Positions 51,379-63,027 of a DNA stretch of 64,000 nucleotides are shown piece after piece. Source of the stretch: Eledone cirrhosa. Lineage: Eukaryota. Position 1 is the first letter of the stretch. Every line of letters starts with the position of its first letter. A program made the translations under genes and the position numbers. The stretch covers positions 74,276,001 through 74,340,000 of the forward strand of contig OZ024741.1 of the NCBI GenBank assembly GCA_964016885.1, in the 5' to 3' direction. The notes beneath the pieces were generated by a model. That model was not told where the DNA came from, did no database searches, and was given only the letters and a program-made list of their open reading frames with translations.

Positions 51379-51955
51379 CATCATCATCATCGTTTTACGT
51401 CCGTTCTTCCACGCTAGCATGGGTTAGACGGGTTGTCCTGTTGTTGGCAGTGTCTGGTCGGCTGACCATGCCTTGCTCATACAGGAACTGATTTGGCTTG
51501 ATTTCTACAGCTGGATGCCCTTCCTAACACCAACCTCATTTACAGTGAGTGCTGGGTGCTTTTTCGTGGCGCCTACACGTCCACTTTACAGTGTGGGCTG
51601 GGTGCTTTTTTGCCGTGGCACCTCCACGACCACCTTGCAGTGGGAAGGTGTGGGGGCATATTGTCTATATGCTTCAGCTTGTACCCATGGGAGGTCGGGT
51701 ACCCTGTATTACTGCGTGACGCCAGAGGTCACGGTCGTGTCTCATCGCCTTTGAGAGGTGTAATTGGGTAAGGTCGGCTTTTATCACCTCATCCCAGGTC
51801 ATCTTGTGTCTCCCCACTCCGCGGTTTCCATCGACTTCTAGTGCTCTGCACCTTTTAATGCAGCTGTCATCCTTCATACGCATCACATATCCATACTAAC
51901 GCAACCGCCTCTCCTGCACACAGCATTTGATTCCTCTTATGCTCAGTCTCTCTCT

Positions 51956-51957
<2 letters not shown>
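51379..51957 (-). mobile_element. RTE LINE 3' end, young copy
   Basis: Near-identical reverse complement of about 36930-37492. Confidence 0.92.
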
Positions 51958-52013
<56 letters not shown>

Positions 52014-52046
52014 GTTATATGTAATATACTATATATATATATATAT

Positions 52047-52240
52047 GAGGGCGGTGGATTGGCAGTATCAGTAGAGGGTCGGACGCCATGCTTTGACGCA
52101 TAGAGTTACAACCCTTGCCATTCTGAGTTCAAATCCCGCCGAGGTTAACTTTGCCTTTCATCCTTACGGGGTTGATAAAATAAAGTACCAGTAATGCACT
52201 GGGGTAATTGCTGGCCTTGTGCCAAACGTAGAAACAATTA
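52047..52240 (+). mobile_element. tRNA-derived SINE (family A) in (TA)n
   Basis: Complete head with B-box and shared body; (TA)n on both sides. Confidence 0.88.
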
Positions 52241-52575
52241 TATATATATATATATATATATATCATCATCATTGGAACTGATTCTGGCTTGATTTCTACA
52301 GCTGGATGCCCTTCCTAACACCAACCTCATTTACAGTGAGTGCTGGGTGCTTTTTTGCCGTGGCACCTACACGACCACTTTGCAGTGGAATGATAGGGAC
52401 CCCAGTCCCCATCATCTCATTTCTACAGCTGAGTAAACTGGAGCAATCTGAAATAAAGTGTCTTGCTCAAGGAAACAACGCATCCCCCGGTCTGAGAATT
52501 GAACTCACAACCTTTTGATTGCAAAACCAATGCTCTAACCACTAAACCATGTGCCACCATCACTATATATATATA

Positions 52576-52979
52576 TGTAGTGACTAGCGAGTTACTTCCC
52601 TTGTATCGGCACTATCTAAAATATAGGAGAGGCTATTGAGTGAAAAAGGTAGCTGATCTCTCTCTTCCACGCTGGCTACAATGGAAAGCGGACGTACAAA
52701 TATTCTTCTCCGATTATGACGGCCCGACTTGGTGGGTGTACTCTATAGAATGCCTTCGTTTGGAACCAAAGACTTTGTGATGCCTCGTCTCCTGCATACA
52801 CACATATCCTTTCGTTTAGCTGTGTCCATAAAATAATAATTAAGCCATTTCTGTTAATCCGCAAGGTATGTAGGGATTGAATTAACTTTTGTATAGAGTT
52901 TATTAAATGTATCATTTAATAAAGGATTGTTTATTTCGACTGTTAAAGCCCTTCTGAAGTTATTATTTTGCATAAGTAA
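52576..52979 (+). repeat. 5' LTR (last ~26 bp missing)
   Basis: Starts TGTAGTGACTAGCG; matches the 3' LTR up to CATAAGTAA. Confidence 0.93.
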
Positions 52980-54420
52980 CTAGATAGGAGTAACTATAGA
53001 GGCATTAAATTAATCGACTAGGTCATGAAGGTCACGGAAAAAGTAATAGCGCAACTAATCAGAGAGAGAATTGATCTAGATGAAATGCAGTTCGGATTTG
53101 TGTCAGGCAAAAGTACCACAGACGCTCTTTTCATTGTACGACAACTACAGGAGAAGTACCTAGCTAAAAGTAAACCCCTATACTTAGCTTTCGTCGACTT
53201 GGAGAAAGCCTTCGACAGAGTCCCCCGTTCCATTATCTGGTGGTCTCTTAGAAAACTAGGTGTTGACGAATGGCTTGTGAGAGCTATACAAGCCATGTAT
53301 AAAGAAACAGTCAGTAAGGTTAGAATTAACAACGAATATAGTGAAGAGTTTAGCGTAAAAGTTGGTGTCCATCAGGGCTCTGTTCTTAGCCCCCTACTAT
53401 TTATTATTGCCCTTCAGGCTATAACAGAGGAGTTCAAGACCGGCTGCCCATGGGAACTCCTATACGCAGATGATCTAACGCTCATAGCTGAATCAATGAC
53501 CGAACTAGAGAAGAAATTCCAAACATGGAAGCACGGCCTAGAATCAAAAGGCCTTAAAATTAACCTGGCTAAGACTAAAGTTCTAGTTTGTAGGAAAGAA
53601 AATAAGGCGGCAGTCCCATCTGGGAAATGGCCATGCTCAGTGTGTAGGAAAGGCGTAGGTAGAAACTCCATTTTATGTCCCAAATGCAAAGTATGGGTGC
53701 ATAAAAGATGTAGTGGGATCACAGGTAAGCTAACTAAGAACAGATTTAACATGTGGCCGGTGCTCTGGTGCAATAAGTAGCAGCAAGTGCCCACAAAATA
53801 CTAGCTCCTTCAACTGCGCAGAGGGTTCTATAGAAATAGTGGACAGCTTCCGTTACCTGGGTGACAAAATCAGCAGTGGGGGAGGGTGCTCTGAAAGTAC
53901 AGTAGCTAGAGTCAGAACTGGATGGAAAAAGTTCAGAGAGCTTATACCACTATTAGCCGCTAGAGGGTTCTCCCTAAAAATGAAAGGCAGGTTATACGAT
54001 GCCTGCATACGAACAGCAATGCTGCATGGCAGTGAGACCTGGGCATTGTGTGCAGAGGATATACGCAGACTAGAGAGGAACGAAGCTTGCATGCTCCGCT
54101 GGATGTGCAATAGTAATATACGTGAACGGCAAAGCATAAACGAACTAAGGAAAAAATTAGAAATAAGAGGGATCAGATGTTATTTACTCGAGAGAAGGCT
54201 ACGTTGGTACGGTCACGTGATGCGCATGAAAGACGACAGCTGTATAACAAAGTGCAGGGCAATAAAGATAGACGGTAGCCACGGAGTAGGCAGACCCAGA
54301 AAAACCTGGGACGAGCTGATAAATTCCGACCTCACACGCTTACACCTCTCCAAGACAATGTCACTGGACCGAGACCTTTGGCGGTACTCAGTAATAGAGA
54401 AGACCCGCCTTACCTAAATA
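52980..54420 (+). mobile_element. RTE LINE fragment nested in the Gypsy element
   Basis: LDRSNYRGIKLID*VMKV..., ORFs 53025-53780 and 53839-54417 homologous to the RTE at 35856. Confidence 0.92.
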
Positions 54421-54441
54421 CAAAGTAAAAACCTACTACAG

Positions 54442-55224
54442 TCAGTAGGCATCTCTATCAAATTTGCGGGCGATATTAAGCTCCGGTTTTCGCAGCTTGA
54501 ATGCTATTTCGATTTAACCCACACCAAAGAACAGCATAAACTGAAGGTACTGGTTAGTGGCTTGCCTGTGTCGTTGGCATATTCCGTGAAGGATGTTGTA
54601 ACAAATTTAGCCGCAGACGTTACTTATGGTTCATTGAAAGGGGAAATTCTTCGGAGGAATACCAAGTCAGTGGAAAGTCGTTTTCGGGAATTGTTAGATG
54701 ATGCGCAAATGGGTGACAGGACGCCAAGCTCCTATTTGCGACATCTGCGGGAGTTGAGTGACTCCCAGGGGATGGACACCCCATTCCTCAAACAACTATT
54801 TTTCTCCTGTTTACCACCAAGTGCGCAAATTGTCTTGGTCAATAATTTGGAGAGGGAGTCGTTAGATCAACTTGCCGCATCCGCGGATAGAATACTAGAG
54901 GTGGACTCTAACAGCAGTCGGCATAATCCTTGTGTTGCTTCTTCTTCCGTTCCTCTGCACAAATTGTCTTTAACCGAGGAAAAACTGTTGGAAGCAATCG
55001 AAGCGCTGACCAGGAAAGTGGATGTTTTGACTGTCAAAAACAGAGAGCCATCCCAACGTCTGAGGTATCGTTCGCCCCCGTCTGCTGTTCCTCGCCGCCA
55101 CTACACTACAGGTAGTAGTAATCCTCAACTTTGTTGGTATCATGCAACCTTTGGTAAACGGGCGCAGCGCTGTCGGGCGCCTTGTAACTATAGGAGTTCG
55201 GAAAACGCCAATCAGAGCCACTAG
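54442..55224 (+). pseudogene. Gypsy gag (start codon lost)
   Basis: FSQLECYF, YGSLKGEILRR, MGDRTPSSYLRHLREL, LAASADRI, terminal CWYHATFGKRAQRCRAPC zinc knuckle. Confidence 0.85.
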
Positions 55225-55249
55225 GGGCGGCTAGTGAACTCTGGGAAAC

Positions 55250-56923
55250 TTGACCAAACCGTCATCTTTTTGTGTACGGCCTGCAGTCAAAAAAATTTTT
55301 CTTGTCGACACTGGCGCGTCACTAAGTATTTGGCCAGTTAGTTATCTTGATAATACTCCGCCTGAGTCCACTATCAATTTGCAAGCAGTCAACCATACCA
55401 CGATTCGAACTTATGGACAAATTTTGCTTCCTCTTAAGTTTACAAATCTTCGCCATGATTTTAGGTGGAAATTTACTATCGCCGACTTACCATATGCTAT
55501 CTTGGGAGCGGATTTCCTCCACCATTTTCCCTTGTCGATTGACATCCGCAGACAACGACTTTTTGATGCTAATACAGGCCTATCGTTCGAGGGTACAAAG
55601 CCGGAGATCTCCACAGTAAGCCCTGCTTTTTTCTTGGCTGAAGTGGGCAACCAGTATCACAGTTTGTTAAAATCATTCCCACAGCTGACGCAAGGAAGAT
55701 TACGAATTGCTAGTCCGGATCATGTGATTGAACACTTTATATCCACTACAGGTCCACCTGTTTTCTCACGTCCTCGAAGATTATCTGCAGAGAAGTTGAA
55801 AGCTGCACGGTCTGAATTCGACCACATGCTGGAATTAGGAATAATTCGGCGTTCCACAAGTCCTTGGGCATCGCCTCTACATATGGTACTTAAATCTTCT
55901 GGTGATTGGGGACAGACGGGTGACTACCGATGCTTAAACGCGATTACTGTGCCTGACCGTTATCCAATTCCGCATTTGCGGGATTTCGCTTCTTCATTAC
56001 AAGGTTGCACAATTTTTTCTAAGCTCGATTTCATTCGTGCTTATAATCAGATTCCGGTTAAAAAGGAGGATATTCCGAAAACTGCTATTGCCACTCCTTT
56101 TCGATATTTCGAGTTCTTTACTATGCCTTTCGGGCTAAGAAATGCGGCTAGTACCTTCCAACGATTTATGGATGATGTTACTCGGGGCCTGGATTTTGTG
56201 TACACGTATATCGATGATGTGTTGATTGCTAGTTCTTCTCCTGAGCAGCATTCAAAGCATCTGGATCTCGTATTTTGTCGTTTACAGAGATATAATGTTC
56301 GTATTAATGCTTCCAAGTGTGTTTTCGGCTCGACTTCACTAACATTTTTAGGCCATCTGATTGACGCCGATGGTATTCGACCTCTTCCTGAGAAGGTTAA
56401 GGCAGTATCGGATTTGCCTCCGCCAAGTTCACTGCGACAATTACGTCAATTCTTAGGCCTTGTAAATTTTTATAGGCGATTCGTGCCTAATTGTTCCAAC
56501 TTGCTGTTCTCGTTGACAGAAATTTTTAAAAATTGCCGGCGTAAGAATATGGACATTTCCTTAAATAAAACGCAGCTTGAGGATTTTTTAAAAGTGAAAA
56601 AGGCGTTAGCGAGCGCGTCTTTGCTCGCCCACCCAGTACCCAACGCCGAGCTATCGCTCTGTGTTGATGCGTCGGATACCGCCGTGGGCGCAGTCTTGCA
56701 ACAGAAGTGCGACGGTTTACAACAACCACTAGAATTTTTTTCGAGAAAGCTAAAGCTTGCCGAAACTCGTTATAGTACTTTCGGGCGTGAGCTTTTAGCA
56801 ATTTATTTATCTGTGAAACATTCCTCCCATGTTCTGGACGGGAGAGCGTTCACTATTTTCACAGATCACAAACCATTGATATTCGCTTTAAGATCAAAAT
56901 CTGACAAATATTCACACACATGA
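55250..56923 (+). pseudogene. Gypsy pol: protease, RT, RNase H (truncated)
   Basis: [48 protein letters not shown]; deletion and stop at the end of RNase H. Confidence 0.93.
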
Positions 56924-56945
56924 TATTCAACATATTCCGGGTGCT

Positions 56946-58170
56946 TTGAACACTGTGGCAGACGCCTTGTCTCGCCTTCCGATAGCTTCGATCTCGTCGT
57001 CTAACGATATAGATTTGCGTCAAATGGCCATTGACCAACCCTCGCTTGAATCATTGGATTGCACATCGCCGAAGTTCATTAACTGCAATATGAAATACCT
57101 TCCTTTATCAACCGCTGACGGACAGATACTTTGTGATATCTCGTTGGACTCACCACGACCTCTCGTCCCAGTTGGTCATCGACGAACTGTATTTCTCGCT
57201 TTGCATGGCATTTCTCACCCAGGAGCTACAGCCTCGGTAAAACTCATAGCAGCCAGATTTTTCTGGCCTGATATGAGACATGACATTGCTGCTTGGTGCC
57301 GTTCCTGTGTTGCTTGCCAAAAGTCAAAAGTTCATAAGCACGTTAAAACTCCTCTCGGAACTTTCACCTGTCCTGATGCCTGATTTTGTCACATTCATGT
57401 GGACATCGTCGGCCCGTGGCCGATTAGTCGTGGTTATTCGTATATTTTGACAATCGTTGACCGTTTTTCGCGTTGGCCTGGAACCATCCCTATGACAGAT
57501 ATCACTGCTGAAACGACAGCGCGTACTCTCATATCTGCATGGATCGCTCGTTTTGGAGTACCAACCACAATAACAACAGACCACGGTCGTCAATTTGAAT
57601 CGAACCTCTTCCGTGAATTAACACAAATTATTGGCGTCACTCGCATAAGAACCACGGCATATCATCCAGCATCAAACGGAATGGTGGAAAGATTTCACAG
57701 ACAGCTTAAAGCCTCTTTAAGGTCTTCAATGGACTCTTCACATTGGAGTGAGTACCTACCTATTGTGTTGCTAGGTATTCGGTCGATAATAAAGGTGGAC
57801 CTTGGGTTCTCCCAGGCCGAATTGATTTATGGTACTCCTCTTGCATTACCGGGGCAAATGCTTGCTCCTGTTGATCTTGCTTCGCAGGATCCCGCTTCCT
57901 ACGTGTCCCGGCTTCATTCTTACTTCCAAGATTTACCACCGATGGACACTAGGAAGCAAACTGTAAAAACTGCCATCCCAAGGGATATTGCCTTGTGGAC
58001 ACGTGTTCGTTAGAGACGATGCCGTGAGACCCCCTCTTCAACGGCCGTACTCTGGACCCTATTGTGTGCTTGCTCGCACAGACAAACATTTCACACTGGA
58101 CATTCGGGGTTCCAGGGAAACGGTTTCCGTTGATCGTCTCAAACGAGCAAACCTGGACAATGACACAATG
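56946..58170 (+). pseudogene. Gypsy integrase (HHCC plus DDE) with premature stop
   Basis: H..SHPG...CVACQ, TGA at 57381-57383, DIVGP, TDHGRQF, GMVERFH, PYSGPY (frameshifted). Confidence 0.92.
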
Positions 58171-58747
58171 ACACTTGAAACTCAAATGCCCCCTTCTTTT
58201 TCTTTGCCACATACGCCCATTTCTTCTCCTCTCCCCCACCATCAACATACAGAACTACGACCCGTTCTGGGCGAAGGGTGCATTGGCCCCGTAAGCTATG
58301 CAGTAATATAAACTGAATTGTATTCTTTTCTTCTTCCAATTGTTTTTGCTGTATATTTCATTGTGTTGCTTTTTGACTCCTGACTGCCTACGGCAGTATC
58401 AATATATATTATTTTTCGTTACATCCCGTAACATTACAGCTGTTGCCAGTTTAAATGCATTTCATTGTTCAGTGCATTTTTGTAACCTTGCTACATATGG
58501 CATTTTCATTGCCTAGCACAATTTTTTTTGTTTATCGCATATGGGGCCCCTTTACTGCGAATGGTATTTTTTAATGCATTTTGCATTTATTGCTGTACAT
58601 TTTTCTGTGTTAATGCTTGCATGCTTGAACCTATTTCTCTTTCCGATGCTTCGTTTTGAAACATGCTTCCACATTTTGTAAACTGTACCTTGTGGGTCCT
58701 TGGCTTCATCGTTAACGATTTTCGGCTAAAAATCTGCCCGGAGGTGA

Positions 58748-59177
58748 TGTAGTGACTAGCGAGTTACTTCCCTTGTATCGGCACTATCTAAAATATAGGA
58801 GAGGCTATTGAGTGAAAAAGGTAGCTGATCTCTCTCTTCCATGCTGGCTACAATGGAAAGCGGACGTACAAATATTCTTCTCCGATTATGACGGCCCGAC
58901 TTGGTGGGTGTACTCTATAGAATGCCTTCGTTTGGAACCAAAGACTTTGTGACGCCTCGTTTCCTGCATACACACATATCCTTTCGTTTAGCTGTGTCCA
59001 TAAAATAATAATTAAGCCATTTCTGTTAATCTGCAAGGTATGTAGGGATTGAATTAACTTTTGTATAGAGTTTATTAAATGTATCATTTAATAAAGGATT
59101 GTTTATTTTGACTGTTAAAGCCCTTCTGAAGTTATTATTTTACATAAGTAAGACGATGTGTTGTCCGTTCATTGACA
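58748..59177 (+). repeat. 3' LTR (430 bp)
   Basis: TGTAG...TTGACA, preceded by purine-rich GGAGGTGA (degenerate PPT); contains AATAAA. Confidence 0.93.
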
Positions 59178-59233
59178 ATATATATATATATATATTTATT
59201 TTTATTTATTATATTTATTTATAAAAAAAAAAA

Positions 59234-59331
<98 letters not shown>

Positions 59332-59588
59332 TTATTTATTAAAATAACAGATTAAAGTTTAAGCTCTTTGGATTTTAGTCTTGAAATTTATTATTATTAA
59401 TATATATATATATATATATATATCACATTATAAAAATAGACGTTAGCATTTAAAAAAAAAATATATCGAATTGTAGCATGTTATATATATTATCTATCTA
59501 TCTGTATTTATATATATATGATCTCTCTCTCTATATATACATATATAATCTATCTATCTATATATATATATACACACACACATATATA

Positions 59589-59785
59589 TATTTAATAAAG
59601 AAAAGGCTTCTACAGGACTAGAACTGTTTCATTCGGGAGAAATCATCAGGAAGCCCTGATGATTTCTCCCGAATGAAACAGTTCTAGTTCTGTAGAAGCC
59701 TTTTCTATATTAAATATTTATACTCTGCTTTGTATTGAGTACCTTATTTACTGTGGTTACCCCCAATTGAACTTGGGATAAACTT
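59589..59785. mobile_element. Palindromic hammerhead-bearing element, family X copy 2
   Basis: ~62-bp arms around loop AAGC; complete hammerhead on the minus strand; tail homologous to 21378-21455; TA-rich flanks. Confidence 0.82.
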
Positions 59786-59793
59786 ATATATAT

Positions 59794-59827
<34 letters not shown>

Positions 59828-61310
59828 TGTGTGTGTTCACCATATAGAAGGTCCTTTTCCTTCCCATTAAGCCAATTACCGAGAGAAAAAGGGGTGAACA
59901 CACCCGCTAACACACTAACAACACCCCGTGACAAACACTGCATTAACTTCCATTTAATTTTCATAAACAACAAACAAAATTAATGGTTGAGTCAAATTTT
60001 AGTTGAAGGAGGATTATCTCCAGTCCCTTAAAACAATATAGGGCCAAGTTTGACGACAATCTATAGCTGAGTCTAAAGACCTTTCATGCCAAGTTTGAAC
60101 ATGATTGGTTTATTTGTTTTTGAGTGCATTGGTAACAAACGGACCAACTAACAAGCAATTATATATATATATATATATATACATACATAGATAGATATAC
60201 ACCCCCACACAAATGCATGTATACCCACATAAAACTCACTAATGCATAGACATATATAAATATATGAATAAACATGCATTTATCCATTAGATGATGATGT
60301 ACATATGCCTGTACAGGTATGAGCAAACATACACATGTCTGCTTACAAATACATATACACACAATATACACACATGTATATTTACATGTACACGAAAGCC
60401 TACATACATACGCATAGATACATGCACCACACAAAACTATATATACAATTCTATTGATATTCAAACTTCAATAATCAGCTTCACTACACAATTCATTATA
60501 TTGAAAAACAAATTATAGAATTTAAATTACAATGTCTCAATTATAGTAGTTAATTAATCACTGTGTCTAAATGTACTCCATTTGTTTGCTATTAATGCAT
60601 GGATTAATATCCATTTGAGTTCAGTGTAGGGTTGTAATGTGAAAATGTCTTGAATGTCTGATGCTTACAAGCCAAAATCAACCCAATTTTTGTTCAAGAT
60701 GCAGCTCTTGATGAAAACAATTTCCATTATCATTATATGTAACTCACACCAAATATTCCTGTCTTTTAAGCTTTAGATGTAGGCTGGTAGTGAAGCTATG
60801 TTCTTTTTAAGTGGATTTTGAAATGAATGGTTGTACATATGTCTTGATTTGAATCTGTTGACTGAAAACCTTATATATGTCTTGTTAATGGAAAGGGTAC
60901 TCATCTTTACATTTATATACTACATTACTAGTTCGACATTTCCTTGCTACAGGGTAGTCATGCTTATTATTGCAATTACATTTAGAACTACTTCTATAAC
61001 TATGCCTTCAATATATTGGAAGAAGTTAAGATGAAGTCAATACTGAAGTGGGGCTACTGATGTCCCAGACAGGCCAACGAGATCTGTATCTTGCTTACAT
61101 GGTAATTATCAGAGAAGTTGTCATGTCTTTTGACATAAACTGAAAGATCCTCCTCACCCCTTATTTGGCAAGCTTACTACAGCTGGATGCCCTTCCTAAC
61201 ACCAACCACCTTACAGCATGTACCAGGTACTTATATTGTGTTGATCATCAACACTATATGTGTGTGTGTGTGTATACATATACACACACGCACACACATA
61301 TATATATATA

Positions 61311-61670
61311 CAGTTGTTCCCCAGTATTCGCAGAGGTTACGCTCCTAGAGCACCCACGAAGAGCGATGAAAAACAATATTGGACGTAGTCCATAAAATGT
61401 CTATAAACGTCAAAATATAACGTAAAATATAACAAAAAAAGAGGGACCATCTTATGTGAAGGGGCGTCTAATAGGCCAGAAAATATGGTTTATTGTTATT
61501 AATAATTTAGCATTAAAACAATATATATTGCCATGAAAAAAGTCATTAAAAAAATTGTGGAAGATATTTACAATTCTGTGAATTTGCGGTGGTTTCCACA
61601 AACAATTATTAGTTAGGTTCTAAGGAGAATTCCGTTGAATAACCGGGGCTGCAAATGCCAGGATTACACT
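61311..61670. mobile_element. Probable Tigger/pogo-like MITE
   Basis: TA|CAGTTGTTCCCCAGTATTCGCAG with a diverged inverted end CTGCAAATGCCAGGATTACACT|ATA, inside TA repeats. Confidence 0.45.
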
Positions 61671-62788
61671 ATATATATATATATATATAAAGTGATTAAA
61701 AAATATTCTTTGTTCCATCAAGTTGAGTGGGTATTCAACCGTGATTAATTTGATTTGTGTAGCCACTAACTAGGCTAATAATATCAATTAATTTTGAAAA
61801 CACTCTGACTATTTTCACTCCTAGTTTACCATTATATTTACTAAATTAATTGAAAGCTTTGGATATCAGAATCAATATTTTTCTTCTATTTCTGTCATCA
61901 GTTTTCACACCTATAGTGCTACTTTGACCTCCTCTGTAGGTCATGGAAGGCTGAACGCATATACTAGTACTACTGCTACAATTATAGTATGGAAACACCC
62001 ACTGATGAAGATGCATCAGTCTGGAATTACATAATTCACTGTTTGATGTGCACTTGATAATGCAACTGCAATAGACCATTGATACATTGGAACAATGTCT
62101 GGGTAATTATTAATTTTTATTAATTTAAAAATAAATAAATGGGTTTAAACTATGAATGACAGTTGAAGGGTATAAAGTTTGTACATTGTATTTTTCAAAA
62201 TTAACATTCTACATCATACTTCTAGTTGTATTTTAGTACATTTTTAAAACATAAAGAAGTGTGAAAATAAATTTACTATATTCTCTACATCGTATTTTTT
62301 GTTGAAAGATTTAGTACATTTTTAAAACAAAAGAAAGTGAAAATAATGTTGCTATTGTTGGTGATTGCCACCTTGTTTACATTTGCAGAGATGTTTGTGG
62401 TTTAATTTAAGGACCACTGTAGCACTAAAACTCCACTAGCCATCAATCCAAACTGACCCTTGACCTTATAAGACGCAGGGTGATTTTCTGGGACATTGTT
62501 TTGAAAAAAAAAAGTGCATCTTATAAGCTATCAAATATGGTAATTCCCTGTTGTTCATGTATTGTCGTCTTCCTGCTATATCTAATGAATCCACTCTGAT
62601 TCAAAGATACTCTTTGTTTCATCAAGTGAGTAGGTATTCAACTGGGATAAATTAAATTTGTGTAGTTACTTGGCTAAAAACATTGACTAATTTCAAAAAC
62701 ACCCTTACTATATATATATGCATGTATAAAAGCATCAAACAGAAAAAAAAAGAAACAAATAATAACTATATATTAAATGTATGCTTAC

Positions 62789-63027
62789 CCAAATGTGGGG
62801 CCACCTTGACTTAAATCAAAGACTTGCCGAGGGTTGAGTAACCAACAGAACTTGTGCATTATTTTTGCCCCTTGGTTTCCTCCACTCTTCGGATTGATAA
62901 ATACCAAAAGGGGTTTACTTGTTGGTGATGGAATGGACTTCACAATAAACGTTTTCTGTTCATCTTTATTTTTTTTCTTTTTTAATGACGCTTTTTTTCT
63001 TTTCCTCAGAGAAGACTTGAATGAACC
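62789..63027 (-). CDS. DGKZ: DGK exon: MARCKS-like basic region and start of catalytic domain
   Basis: Acceptor ttttttttag, donor gtaagc; 239 nt (phase 0 to 2). Encodes [80 protein letters not shown]. Not listed in the ORF track. Confidence 0.95.

Larger units (their letters stand above)
52576..59177 (+). mobile_element. Ty3/Gypsy LTR retrotransposon (defective) in (TA)n
   Basis: Two ~98.5% identical LTRs (TG...CA), ATATA on both flanks, order gag, PR, RT, RH, IN. Confidence 0.95.
8308..63027 (-). other. DGKZ: Diacylglycerol kinase type IV (DGK zeta/iota, rdgA-like) gene, internal portion (6 coding exons found; gene continues beyond both ends)
   Basis: Six exons splice in frame to [19 protein letters not shown]...[15 protein letters not shown]...[11 protein letters not shown]...[28 protein letters not shown]...LDRW...[47 protein letters not shown]. 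All junctions are GT-AG with matching phases. Zeta versus iota cannot be resolved (likely a single invertebrate co-ortholog). Confidence 0.93.

Noticed and set aside
59830-60158. Possible Helitron-like non-autonomous element
   Set aside because: Only a vague resemblance; no diagnostic termini could be located.
14389-60518. Many short YI/CV/HT-rich ORFs in the track
   Set aside because: Translations of (TA)n, (CA)n and (GA)n microsatellites and SINEs.
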